64,000 nucleotides of DNA from a plasmid. The stretch lies in sequence record NZ_CP096708.1; one strand, written 5' to 3'. Each line of letters begins with the position of its first letter. Within the stretch, counting starts at the first letter, position 1. A model generated the notes under the pieces. It was not told the DNA's origin. It did no database searches and saw only the letters and a program-made list of their open reading frames with translations. Of the stretch, positions 49,555 to 59,837 are shown one piece after another. Both the position numbers and the translations under genes were made by a program.

Positions 49555-52226
49555 AAAGATTAATTTCTGCAATCCTGATTACTTCAGCATTTTTAAATCC
49601 AGTTTTTGCTCAAACTGCTGAGCAAGAAGGGATAGATTTTGGGCGTAATTCAATTCAAGGTACTTCAGAATTGGTAAATACTAACTCAGGCCAAAATACA
49701 GTTCCGAGATATTCTACAGATGCACCCGAATCAAGTTATTTTCAAAACGGTCTAGGGAATATTAATGCTGTAGGAAACAATAAAGTTAATAATTGTTTAA
49801 ATGGTCAGGCGGGTACGAACGATCAAAACTTGGAATGTGAAGCTATTAATTTAGTAAATAAAAGTGCTACTTCTAGACCTATATACAGTATTGATCCTAA
49901 GAAAGATGAGGTTATACAGTCTAGTCAAAAGATTACTAAAGAAGCACCTAAAAATCTTGAAAATGGTCAAACTTGTTTTGTCAAAGAAGTAAAAGTCAAA
50001 CCTGTCTATGAAGAGCAACAATGTATGCAGGGGCAAGCTTTCTCACAAGCGCAATGCTTAGAGCAGACAGTTAATGATGTTTGTCCTGTAAGTGTAGACG
50101 GGAATATTTGTAATGGTGACACGGGTATTGATGCAAAGCAAATCTCAACAAGTGGTCAAAATAACGCCTATATTAGATATCAAAACAATAAAATATACAT
50201 GGGTTTAGGCTTAGAAAATACAAAGCGTCCTTTAGGTAGCTACAGTGCAACTTATAAAATAACAGTAAGAGAAAAGTCTAAACTTGGATATGTAAAGTTA
50301 GTTCGTAGTATTTACGATGATGGTTATATATTAAGAATTAATGGTTCAGAAGCCTTAGCTGTCAATGTCAATGGAGAGGGCAATAACGTAGAATGGACGA
50401 CTGACAAAGATCTAAGTCCTTATTTTAAAGAAGGTGAAAATACACTTGAGTTGATTGTATTTAATACCGTAGATAACAGTCAGTACCGAGCTGATCTCGA
50501 AATTAATATTCCTCTATATTGTGAATGTACCAAAAAGAAAACAAACACTTGTAATGATGAAATTACCAAAAACCCTTCTTGTGGTATTCAAAGTAATGTT
50601 TGCCAGGAAAAGGATTGGAAAGGTAATTGCGTTGTAAATTTGCAGAATTATGTTTGTCGAGACAGCAACTTCTATCAACAGAGAAAAAGTTGTGAAACAA
50701 CAAAATTAGTGCAATGTAGAAACCCATCTGGTGTTGTAAAGGACATCTCTACTTGTGATCAAGGCGTTGATTACGAAACATTGCAAATGACACAGAATGA
50801 AGGTAATGGGAGCTTTAATAAATCACCGACTTCCTTCTCCCTAAGTACAAGTGGCGATGATGGTAGAGGAAGATCAAGCCGTAGAAACTATGCAGTTACC
50901 TTTAATATTAAGGATGTTAATTCTACAAACATGGTGTTGAAACAAGTTCATTACGACAATAGAGGAATCGTGTACGTAAATAATTCTGAAGTTTTCAATC
51001 GGTCTACAAATACAAATCAAACTGACAATGTCAGTATTAATTTACGCCCTTATCTAAGAAACGGATCAAATACAATCAGATTGTATATAGATAACTGGGA
51101 TGGGCCTTGGTCTGGAAGCATTAATGTAGAAACAAATTACCAATGTTCATGCCAACAACAAGAAATTAGTTCTTGTAATGTTAGCAATACTTGTAAAGTA
51201 GTTTCTGAAACATGTACTGATTCAGCCCCAAGAAATATCAATGGAGTAATAGTTAATGGATGTTGGAAATCACAAAAAACATATAGTTGTGAACAAGGTG
51301 GAACAACACTTAGTGATTGCCAACAGTTTGTTAATAAAGGATGTGAACAAATCGGTAGTGTTTGTACAGCAAAAGATTCTAATGGGAAATGTTTAAGTTA
51401 CAGTCAAACTTATCGCTGCGAAAAAACACCAGCACGTACAGAAAACCAAACCATTTGTGTGCAAGCTAATTGTATTGATGGAAAGTGTTATCAAGAATCA
51501 AACGAACCAGATACCGATTTTGGTCAAGCAGTGGCAATGATGGAGGTTGCACGTGAAGCAGGTGTATATGGCGAAGTAGATGCTACTAAGACCATGAAAG
51601 TATTCAATGGTGAAGGTGGAACATGCACCGTTAAATTATTAGCAGGCCATAATATTATGAGCTGTTGTAAAGAAATAAAAGTGAATGTAGACAAGGCTAG
51701 TAATAACTCAACTAATAGTAAGCAATCACAAGCAATGGGAAATAATCCAGATCAGCCTGCCCAGCAAACTGAAGGATCCACCTATCAATATGATGATCTC
51801 TACAATGATGATTCAAAAACAATGACAAGTCTTCAAGGTGATTTAACTCTTGGATGGCTTGAATGTACTGAAGAAGAGAGAGGATTGGCGGTTAAGCGGG
51901 GTGGGAGTTTGTGTTCTCATGCTAAAACTTGGTGTTCAAAGAGTTTGCCTTTAATTGGTTGTACTGAAGAAAGTAGAAGCTACTGCTGTTTTAAAAGCAT
52001 CTTAGCAAAAATCATTAACCGTGAAGGTCGTAAGCAACTCGGCTTATCTCTGGAAACTTGTGAGGGTATTTCAGTTGAGCAGCTTCAGAAGCTAGATTTT
52101 TCTAAAATTGATATGACTGAATTTACTGAATCAGTTGTACCAAAAAATATAGATCTAGGTGATCGAGCTGAAAAAATTAAACAACGAGTTGAAAAGCAAA
52201 GTGTTGGGGGATATTACAGTGAATAA
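49551..52226 (+). CDS. traN: TraN mating-pair stabilisation protein (891 aa)
   Basis: Signal peptide and very Cys-rich throughout. Size. Confidence 0.75.
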   Translation: MKRLISAILITSAFLNPVFAQTAEQEGIDFGRNSIQGTSELVNTNSGQNTVPRYSTDAPESSYFQNGLGNINAVGNNKVNNCLNGQAGTNDQNLECEAINLVNKSATSRPIYSIDPKKDEVIQSSQKITKEAPKNLENGQTCFVKEVKVKPVYEEQQCMQGQAFSQAQCLEQTVNDVCPVSVDGNICNGDTGIDAKQISTSGQNNAYIRYQNNKIYMGLGLENTKRPLGSYSATYKITVREKSKLGYVKLVRSIYDDGYILRINGSEALAVNVNGEGNNVEWTTDKDLSPYFKEGENTLELIVFNTVDNSQYRADLEINIPLYCECTKKKTNTCNDEITKNPSCGIQSNVCQEKDWKGNCVVNLQNYVCRDSNFYQQRKSCETTKLVQCRNPSGVVKDISTCDQGVDYETLQMTQNEGNGSFNKSPTSFSLSTSGDDGRGRSSRRNYAVTFNIKDVNSTNMVLKQVHYDNRGIVYVNNSEVFNRSTNTNQTDNVSINLRPYLRNGSNTIRLYIDNWDGPWSGSINVETNYQCSCQQQEISSCNVSNTCKVVSETCTDSAPRNINGVIVNGCWKSQKTYSCEQGGTTLSDCQQFVNKGCEQIGSVCTAKDSNGKCLSYSQTYRCEKTPARTENQTICVQANCIDGKCYQESNEPDTDFGQAVAMMEVAREAGVYGEVDATKTMKVFNGEGGTCTVKLLAGHNIMSCCKEIKVNVDKASNNSTNSKQSQAMGNNPDQPAQQTEGSTYQYDDLYNDDSKTMTSLQGDLTLGWLECTEEERGLAVKRGGSLCSHAKTWCSKSLPLIGCTEESRSYCCFKSILAKIINREGRKQLGLSLETCEGISVEQLQKLDFSKIDMTEFTESVVPKNIDLGDRAEKIKQRVEKQSVGGYYSE

Positions 52227-53028
52227 GTTACTTGCTGTGGTTGTGGCTTTAAGTGCATTTAATCTCAATGCTAAATCTGCATTAGATTACGATTCTGTAT
52301 GGAAATGCGACAACAAAAAAATGAACTGGTACTGTGATGAAAAGCCACAGAAAAAAACTTCACCGTTGGTAATGAAAAGACCAGTTGCGGATCCGCAACT
52401 TAGCACAACACCTTTGTTCAAAGATTTAAATAAATTAAAGACGGTCGAAGAATTAAAAGCTGAAGTACAAAATCGGTTGAACATTGCAACAATGAATCCA
52501 TCTCCGCAAAATGTAGAAAGATATATTGAAGCAAATCAATTTATGCTGGATAAATCGACTGTTTTTGCTGATCAATGGCGAAGAGTTGTATATCAGAAAC
52601 CGCAGTACGATTACTCGTTAAAAAGTCCAAGTAATAACTCAGCAATACGTGTACAGAACCAGGTCAAAACAGATCAAATGGATAATTACCTAAAAAGTCT
52701 GAGTAAGGAACAAGGGTTAATTTTCTTTTTCCGCAGTGATTGTCCATACTGTCACAAGATGGCACCGACTTTAAGAATGCTATCTGATAAATATGGAATT
52801 GAAGTGCTTGGTGTAACTATTGACGGAGGGGGATTACCTGATTTCCCAAACCCTGTTGATGGTAGAGCCGTAGCACAGAATTGGGGTATTGATAAAGTAC
52901 CTGCAACGTTTATTGCATCTAAGAAAACAAAAGAGCATGCCCCGATAGGTTTTGGAGTTATGTCTCTAAATGAAGTGATCGAACGAATCTGGATATTAAC
53001 TAATACTAAACCAGGTCAAGATTTCTAA
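52219..53028 (+). CDS. traF: TraF/TrbB-like thioredoxin-fold protein (about 269 aa)
   Basis: GTG start with signal peptide. CPYC motif. Carries palindrome copy 12 (52384-52399). Confidence 0.6.
   Translation: MNKLLAVVVALSAFNLNAKSALDYDSVWKCDNKKMNWYCDEKPQKKTSPLVMKRPVADPQLSTTPLFKDLNKLKTVEELKAEVQNRLNIATMNPSPQNVERYIEANQFMLDKSTVFADQWRRVVYQKPQYDYSLKSPSNNSAIRVQNQVKTDQMDNYLKSLSKEQGLIFFFRSDCPYCHKMAPTLRMLSDKYGIEVLGVTIDGGGLPDFPNPVDGRAVAQNWGIDKVPATFIASKKTKEHAPIGFGVMSLNEVIERIWILTNTKPGQDF
52384..52399. repeat. 16-bp palindrome (copy 12), intragenic
   Basis: Exact. Confidence 0.9.
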
Positions 53029-53064
53029 AATTCTAACGGAGCCGATAGGCTTATGGTGTTAAAA

Positions 53065-54492
53065 ATGAAACTAAGAACAATATGTTTAGCTTTATTCTGT
53101 ATATCTATCTCTACTGTTGATGCTGCTTCAGGTACTTCAATGAATGAAGTATTTGACCAGATCAATGCTACAGGAAATGTTACGACCCCTACCGCAATTC
53201 AAGGGCAGACGATGAACTACACCACAGGCGGTAGTTTATTTATGCGTATGCCAAATACGACCTATAACCTAGCTGCAATTACACCCCCATCGGCGAATGC
53301 GGGATGCGGCGGGATTGATCTATATATGGGGGGATTCAGCTATGTAAATAAAGAGCAATTTGTAGCAATGTTAAAGAATATTGGTTCAAATGCTCTTGGA
53401 TATGGATTTAAGTTAGCACTTCAAAATCTTTGTCCGACTTGCGATAACGTAATGCAAGCATTACAAGCTGTATCCCAACAGGTGAACAGACTCAATATTG
53501 ACTCATGTGAAGCTGCAAAAGGGATTGTTAATGCAGCATTACCTACTAGCGTTCAACGTGGCCGTGAACAATCATCAATGAGTTGGGGAAATATTAAAAA
53601 TATCTTCAGCGATATGAGTGAAGGCTGGGGCAAGGTTAAAGGTAATGACCAAGCTACAAATAATACTTTGGAACAAATCAAAGGATCTGATCCAGTAATT
53701 AAAGATCAAATTCCAGAAGGGAATTTAACATGGAGAGCGTTGTCAAAAATTTCTGCATTACCCAATGAACAAAAATATCTTGTGATGGCAATGATAGGAA
53801 CAATTGTAATTGACACTAAAAACGGTGCACCAAAGATTGTTGCCTATCCAAGACGAATTGATAATATCTCAACATTAATCGGGACTAATACAGCAACAAA
53901 TAAACAGTTTCCTGTTTGGCGTTGTGTTGACGGTACTGCTGAAGATGAATGTCGTGAGTTGGTTCAAGATAATTTAACAACTAATGAGACTTTCTATACC
54001 CTTGTTGACAAAAAAATGCGTTTATTGGCCGATGCAATTACCCAAAGACGACCAATAGGGGATCAGAATAGTATTATTCAATTTATTAACTTAACTGACA
54101 TACCAATCTATAAAATTATTGCTCTTAATACACGTTATGGTGGTGATAGCACAGCAGCAATGGCAGCAATGGAGCAGTATAAAGAATTAATTGCAGCTAA
54201 ATACGCTTTAGCGTATTTCGAAATCACAAGTAAGATGGTTGAAGCTGCATTAAGTAATATTGTTGCAGGAACTTCGGATCCGATGACATCCCAAGAAATT
54301 ATTAAAATTCGTGAAACATTAGATAAAACAAGATCAGATTTAAATCAAAGTGTTCAAACGGCATATTCAAGATCAAATGTATCATGGAATATTGCACAAG
54401 AAGTGCAGCACATGGAGAGAACACTCCATTCAAACTTAACACCAGCATTACGACAATCAATTGTCTTTGCTAACACCTTGAATAAAAAATAA
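53065..54492 (+). CDS. traH: TraH (about 475 aa)
   Basis: Degenerate hairpin-SD GAGCCGATAGGCTTATGGTG (53039-53058). Signal peptide. Confidence 0.7.
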   Translation: MKLRTICLALFCISISTVDAASGTSMNEVFDQINATGNVTTPTAIQGQTMNYTTGGSLFMRMPNTTYNLAAITPPSANAGCGGIDLYMGGFSYVNKEQFVAMLKNIGSNALGYGFKLALQNLCPTCDNVMQALQAVSQQVNRLNIDSCEAAKGIVNAALPTSVQRGREQSSMSWGNIKNIFSDMSEGWGKVKGNDQATNNTLEQIKGSDPVIKDQIPEGNLTWRALSKISALPNEQKYLVMAMIGTIVIDTKNGAPKIVAYPRRIDNISTLIGTNTATNKQFPVWRCVDGTAEDECRELVQDNLTTNETFYTLVDKKMRLLADAITQRRPIGDQNSIIQFINLTDIPIYKIIALNTRYGGDSTAAMAAMEQYKELIAAKYALAYFEITSKMVEAALSNIVAGTSDPMTSQEIIKIRETLDKTRSDLNQSVQTAYSRSNVSWNIAQEVQHMERTLHSNLTPALRQSIVFANTLNKK

Positions 54493-54502
54493 GGGGGTTA
54501 TC

Positions 54503-57500
54503 ATGGATTTTGTGATTGAAACGTACTGGAATGTTGAGTCCACATATTTAACTTTAAATTTTATAGCGGCTTTCATGGGTGGCAGTGGATGGTTAGGTCT
54601 ACTTAAATTTGTATTTTTGTGCGCCTTGATGACCGCAATGCTTAAGTTTGCCTATGACCGAGATATTGGTGATTTACTTAAATGGTTTGCACAAGCATAT
54701 TTATTAGTTGTTGTTTTTATGGCCCCTGTAAGCTCAGTGGCAGTAGTAGATAAGTTGAATCAAGAACCTCCAAAAGTGGTAGGTAATGTTCCCTGGTTGA
54801 TAGCAGGCACATCTTGGGCAATAAACACTGTTACTGGATGGTTGGCAGTAGAGTATGAAAAGCTTGCAAATGTTCCTGGAAGTTTAAGACTAACTTCAAC
54901 AGGGGATATGGGATTCGGTCAAGCTTTAATTAGAAATACAAATCAAATCACGATTACAAATCCATATTTACGTGCAGACTTGATGCAATATATTAAGGAG
55001 TGTGCACTTTATGATATGCAAGATGGAGTTTTAAGTGTTGATGATTTAATGAATAAAACTAATTCATGGTCACTTATGTTCTCTAAAACTAATCCAGCTC
55101 GGTTTGTAACTCTTGGTACAGTTAAGGGTGATCCGAAAACTTATTCCTGTGTTGATGCTGCAAGTATTTTAGATACCAATGTAACTTCAGGCGTAGAAGC
55201 AGCTATGCGTTACTATGGAAAAAATGCATTCAATAATTTTAATCCTAATGTTGCATACAATATGTATGTTGGGGCATTAGGTCAAAGCTATTCATGGATC
55301 TTAGGTGCTAATCAAAATGCATCTGATGCGGTTAAACAAGCTATGTTTAACAATATTATGCGTTCAGCAAATTCAGAGTTACCAGCTTTAATAAATGATC
55401 CAACACGCATACAAGAAATTATTGCTTCAGGTGGAGCTGCAATGGCTGCTGAACAATCAAAGGGCAGTGCAAATGTAGTTTCTAAATTAGCTTTTGAAGC
55501 AATTCCAACTATTCGAAATTGGTTAGAATCTGTTTTATACAGCTTATTTCCTATATGTGTTTTATGGCTAGTAATAGCACGGCCAAATAATACACTGAAT
55601 ATCCTATCTGCCTATTTAAGTAGCTTTATCGGTCTAGGTCTTATACCAGTATTTTATACAAGCCTTAATCACCTTTCGATGGTTTATCTAAAAAAACAAG
55701 CTGAAGCTATGGAGCTTGCTCAAGGTGTTCCTTTTTCTAAGTTATCAGTACTAGACAGCACTGTGATTGATGAGCAAGCTATGTTGGGATTCTTTGTCCT
55801 AATTATTTTGCTGTTAGCTGCATGGGCAGCAAGGGCATTTAATGGCGGGATATTGAGTGTTGCACCACGCTTATTATCTTCTATGACCTCAGCAGGTTCT
55901 TCAGTTGGTGGAAGCTTAGCGATGGGTAATACATCGCTAGGGGAAACTGCTTTAGACACTAAAACAGTAAATAACACGTCAATGAATAAGTATGATGGAA
56001 ACTTAAGCATGAGCCGTGGTTTGTCAACTTATACAAATGAATCAGGAACGTCACACACTATAACGCCTAACGGATTAATGAATACTCAAAAACTTGAGGA
56101 CGTTGTACCGCATTCTTTGCATACAGGACAATCAATCAATAGATCCAATGAGCAACGTTATAGTCAATCTACAGATTCAAGTTTCACACGATCAACAGAT
56201 CAAAATGTTGTAAGTGGCTCTACAACTTCAGATAGTTTCTCTAGAACACAGAATTATGGTACTGAGCAAACAACAGGAGTTTCAAATTCTGTTAATAGAG
56301 GTACAAACGTTTCTAATCAATATGATAGTGGTATTAATGAAAATAATACTAACTCGACAGGCCATACTTTAGAGGATGGTCGTACTGTTTATACTGCTTT
56401 AAGTACTGGTATTTCAGGACATGGAGGAATCGGAGCTGCTGGTGGCGTTGGTGGTGATAACGGTCAACGTGTAGCAGGATCGCCTACTAATCCAGGTCAA
56501 ACTATGCCTACAGGTAATAATGCCAATGCATCAAATGGTGCTTCAGGAGGAACTGGAGGAAAAGGTGGTAAAGGTGGTAAAGCAGGCTTCAATGTTGGTG
56601 CGGATGTTAATGCTCAAGGTCAAATGGGTGTTAATTACAATGCAAACCAATCTGATTCAAAATCTAGTACAAATGCTGTTGATCAATACCGTAGCATTTC
56701 AAGAGGTATTGGTACACATGCTGGAACTGACTATTCAAGAACAGATACTGGATCTGTAAACTCTTCAACAGGTCATGGCTTTGAAACAAGTGCATCAAGA
56801 TTTACCAATACATCACATACTGATGGTCAAAATGCATCTATTTCTGACCGTAATGGATATGATCAAAGTACTGCCTACTCATCTTCTCATCAACTTGAGC
56901 AAGGCTATAATCTTGCTGCAAGCCCTGAATTCAAACGCGATGTTGCGAAGCATTTTGAAATGGATCAACTTCAATTCAGTAATTTACCTGCCGATGAGCA
57001 AATCCGCTTAATGAAGCAGTATAGAGATGAAGAAGTTAATGCAATTCAAACCACTCCAAGTAGCTATGAGAATGGACAGCCGATTGCTTTCAATCTTCCA
57101 AAAGACTTTAATCTAAATCAAAGTAAAGTCGGCTCTACTAAGGAAATTGATAGTGATTTTCAGAAAAATGCAAATCGTATCGGTACAAATATAGAGCGTG
57201 TGAATGCTGATACAAAAGCACCTGAGAGTTTATCAAGAACGAATAGTACGCTAGAGGATGTAAACGGTGAAATGAATCGACTCAACAGTAGTAAAGCTGA
57301 AGAGACGAGAGAAGCAAGTAATAAAAAGGCCGAGCTTAAAGACAGAGTTGATGCACGTGCACGTGAAGATGTAAAAGATGCTGCTTATAATTTAGCTAGT
57401 TCATTAAGCCCTAAACAAATTTGGAAAGATACCAAAGCTGCATGGAATGATGTGACAGGTAATTCTGATAAAAACTCAGATAACAGTACACAGATAAACA

Positions 57501-57553
57501 ATAATGGTGCAAGTATCGGACAATGGAGCAAAAAAGACGTTGACCCAAAGTAA
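54503..57553 (+). CDS. traG: TraG (1016 aa)
   Basis: N-terminal polytopic membrane domain. Long S/T/G/N-rich C-terminal region. Confidence 0.75.
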   Translation: MDFVIETYWNVESTYLTLNFIAAFMGGSGWLGLLKFVFLCALMTAMLKFAYDRDIGDLLKWFAQAYLLVVVFMAPVSSVAVVDKLNQEPPKVVGNVPWLIAGTSWAINTVTGWLAVEYEKLANVPGSLRLTSTGDMGFGQALIRNTNQITITNPYLRADLMQYIKECALYDMQDGVLSVDDLMNKTNSWSLMFSKTNPARFVTLGTVKGDPKTYSCVDAASILDTNVTSGVEAAMRYYGKNAFNNFNPNVAYNMYVGALGQSYSWILGANQNASDAVKQAMFNNIMRSANSELPALINDPTRIQEIIASGGAAMAAEQSKGSANVVSKLAFEAIPTIRNWLESVLYSLFPICVLWLVIARPNNTLNILSAYLSSFIGLGLIPVFYTSLNHLSMVYLKKQAEAMELAQGVPFSKLSVLDSTVIDEQAMLGFFVLIILLLAAWAARAFNGGILSVAPRLLSSMTSAGSSVGGSLAMGNTSLGETALDTKTVNNTSMNKYDGNLSMSRGLSTYTNESGTSHTITPNGLMNTQKLEDVVPHSLHTGQSINRSNEQRYSQSTDSSFTRSTDQNVVSGSTTSDSFSRTQNYGTEQTTGVSNSVNRGTNVSNQYDSGINENNTNSTGHTLEDGRTVYTALSTGISGHGGIGAAGGVGGDNGQRVAGSPTNPGQTMPTGNNANASNGASGGTGGKGGKGGKAGFNVGADVNAQGQMGVNYNANQSDSKSSTNAVDQYRSISRGIGTHAGTDYSRTDTGSVNSSTGHGFETSASRFTNTSHTDGQNASISDRNGYDQSTAYSSSHQLEQGYNLAASPEFKRDVAKHFEMDQLQFSNLPADEQIRLMKQYRDEEVNAIQTTPSSYENGQPIAFNLPKDFNLNQSKVGSTKEIDSDFQKNANRIGTNIERVNADTKAPESLSRTNSTLEDVNGEMNRLNSSKAEETREASNKKAELKDRVDARAREDVKDAAYNLASSLSPKQIWKDTKAAWNDVTGNSDKNSDNSTQINNNGASIGQWSKKDVDPK

Positions 57554-57567
57554 GAGACCCTCAACTT

Positions 57568-58137
57568 GTGAAGCAGTTTGAAAAGCATGGTAATCAGCTT
57601 ATTAGAGCTGCTCGTGAGGTGGGGGTTGATCCACAAAAGGTCATTTTAATTTCAGGCCTGGAGAGTTCGTTTATTGCTAATAATGTTTCTGAATCAGGTG
57701 CAACTGGGTTAGGTCAATTTACTAATGGTACGTTTATGGACAGAATTAAAGCTTCAAAACACCCTGAACTACAAGCACTGAAGGGAAAAAGTAGAAGTGA
57801 AATTTTAAGTTACCGTAGTAATCCAAGAATTGCATCTTTAGCTCTAGCTGAACACATCAAAGATGCTGAGGAGAGAGTAAAAAAATCTTTTAGAGCAAAT
57901 GGGATCAACTCACCAGTTACATTAGCTGATATTTATACAGTTCATAACATTGGCAATCCTTCAATGGCTGTTGCAGCAAGAAGAGAGCAATTGGCTATTG
58001 CAGGTGTAAGTGTAAAAGCCCTGAAGCTTAATAGTGGTCTTTATAAAAAAGGGTTGAATACAACAGCAAGGGAGTATATGGAAACCGTTGATCGTAAATT
58101 TAAGATTCTGGATACTAAGTTAAAGAATGGCAACTAA
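57568..58137 (+). CDS. Lytic-transglycosylase-domain protein (189 aa)
   Basis: ISGLESSF...GATGLGQF. Confidence 0.5.
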   Translation: MKQFEKHGNQLIRAAREVGVDPQKVILISGLESSFIANNVSESGATGLGQFTNGTFMDRIKASKHPELQALKGKSRSEILSYRSNPRIASLALAEHIKDAEERVKKSFRANGINSPVTLADIYTVHNIGNPSMAVAARREQLAIAGVSVKALKLNSGLYKKGLNTTAREYMETVDRKFKILDTKLKNGN

Positions 58138-58261
58138 AGATTGGACAAAATCAATCAATAGTATTATACTGACCCTGTAGCCTATTAAAGCCAGTGTCAT
58201 TGACACAAACTATTTACCCAGGTGCGTAATTAGTGGTATTTATTAGCAAAGACATCGAAAA

Positions 58262-58289
58262 AAGCCATTCTGAAAAGAATGGCTTTTTT
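58262..58289. terminator. Bidirectional terminator AAGCCATTCT-GAAAAG-AATGGCTT followed by TTTTT
   Basis: 10-bp perfect stem. Confidence 0.7.
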
Positions 58290-58297
58290 CATATCTG

Positions 58298-59089
58298 TTA
58301 TAAAACTAATGAGTCTAAGCCAGATTTTGTACATAAATTATGCAATCTACGGTATGAATTAGTATTAATGTAATGGGCATGCGTATCTTGGCAAATCCAG
58401 CCAAGAAAGACTATAGCCCAATTTATTTCTTTATTAAGCCGATCTAATGCAGTAGTTTCATCTACAGGTGCAGGAATCACGGAATTGTTAAATACTTTTG
58501 CTTCAAACTTCCAAACAGGTTCTAGATGAGCAACCCGATTTCTTAGCTTAGAAATTTCGGTTAATCGCTCTAAAATCATATTCCTGTTTCTTTTATTGTG
58601 ATTTGCGAATTGTGGAAAAACCAAAGGAAATAAGCTGTTCCAATCAATAGCAGAGCCTGAACGTCCACGTGGATCTTTATAAGTTTTAGTTAAAAGTACA
58701 TACTTCCATTTTCCAAACTCTAAATTACAAATAATATTGTGTGGATGTGGTGGTTTACTTTTTTGAATTAAGTCTCTTTTGACCTTTTTAATTGCGGATC
58801 CTAAAACTGTATCAATAGTTTTGTGAGGATTTTGAGGATCTGGCTTTAATAAGTACAGTCTATCAAACCATGCGAAATTTAAAGATTGTTGTTGGCTTGC
58901 ATCGTTGCTAAGAACTTCATGAATCTTGTTTCTTAGACAGATTTCAATATTATGAAGCAAGATATAAATTTCGGCTGAAATGGCTTGATTCCAGTAATAA
59001 TATTTTAACGCATCATGATCAGTAGGGCAGTTAAAGATTTTTTTATAGTGAGTTAAACGAAAAGTACTGATTGAATTGATGTTGGTCAT
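58298..59089 (-). CDS. Abi-like protein (263 aa; AbiD/AbiF, Abi_2-family-like)
   Basis: Conserved-looking LRNRVAHLEPVW motif in the C-terminal half. Family assignment is from memory only. Confidence 0.35.
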   Translation of the reverse strand: MTNINSISTFRLTHYKKIFNCPTDHDALKYYYWNQAISAEIYILLHNIEICLRNKIHEVLSNDASQQQSLNFAWFDRLYLLKPDPQNPHKTIDTVLGSAIKKVKRDLIQKSKPPHPHNIICNLEFGKWKYVLLTKTYKDPRGRSGSAIDWNSLFPLVFPQFANHNKRNRNMILERLTEISKLRNRVAHLEPVWKFEAKVFNNSVIPAPVDETTALDRLNKEINWAIVFLGWICQDTHAHYINTNSYRRLHNLCTKSGLDSLVL

Positions 59090-59310
59090 TTAAAAAATTA
59101 AAAGCTAAGTGAGCAAGAAAATATAATAATACGAATGGTATATAAATTGTGAAATTTAAATCATATTTATATTGGCAAAATATACCATTACAAGCAGCTC
59201 CTGAAGACATTGGCCAAAAAAACGGTCGATAAATTAAGTTGATGATTTATATAGATTCAGTTGTTTTGATTAGATAAATTGAATTGGCAAAATATTACGC
59301 AAAACGAATA

Positions 59311-59439
59311 AGAGCAACGTGTCTACGTTGCGAACTGATGAAATTCGAGCATACCCATCTTTGATTACCGTTGCAGGTTGCAAGTGAAGCCGGCTTAATC
59401 TGTGATTAAGTCGAGCTGACCGCAGCAACGCAACTGCTT
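59311..59439 (-). repeat. Repeat family B, copy 3 (partial, inverted; SD-like segment replaced)
   Basis: Reverse complement of 17839-17967 with a diverged 16-nt patch. Confidence 0.8.
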
Positions 59440-59523
59440 TACTTGATCCTCGATGTAATCAACTAAGTATTCATGCAGATTTACGACATGTACTGTGCTT
59501 GCCATAATCTACATTTATCCAAT

Positions 59524-59714
59524 GCAGCTGCCATAGATAGATGCATCTATGTAATCAGGAACTAGGGCTTTGTAAGAGTGGCCATCATAGATAAAAACGT
59601 CTATGGCCGTTGCAAACTTAGCTTCAGTATAGATAAATATGTCTATGCTCGATTTACCTGGAAACATAGTCAAGTCTATCTATGCGCTTATGCTTTCTAG
59701 TGCGGATCCGCAAC
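59524..59714 (+). repeat. Repeat family C, copy 2, ending in perfect 16-bp palindrome copy 13 (59699-59714)
   Basis: See 17593-17783. Confidence 0.85.
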
Positions 59715-59837
59715 TTATATGTATAAAATTTCATCATAAAAAATGTCTTATTGATTATTAAGAGAATTTAAATTTGAATTTAAGCAATTAATTTTTTTAA
59801 TATGTATCTTGAATATGTAACGTTTTCAAGATGGAAA

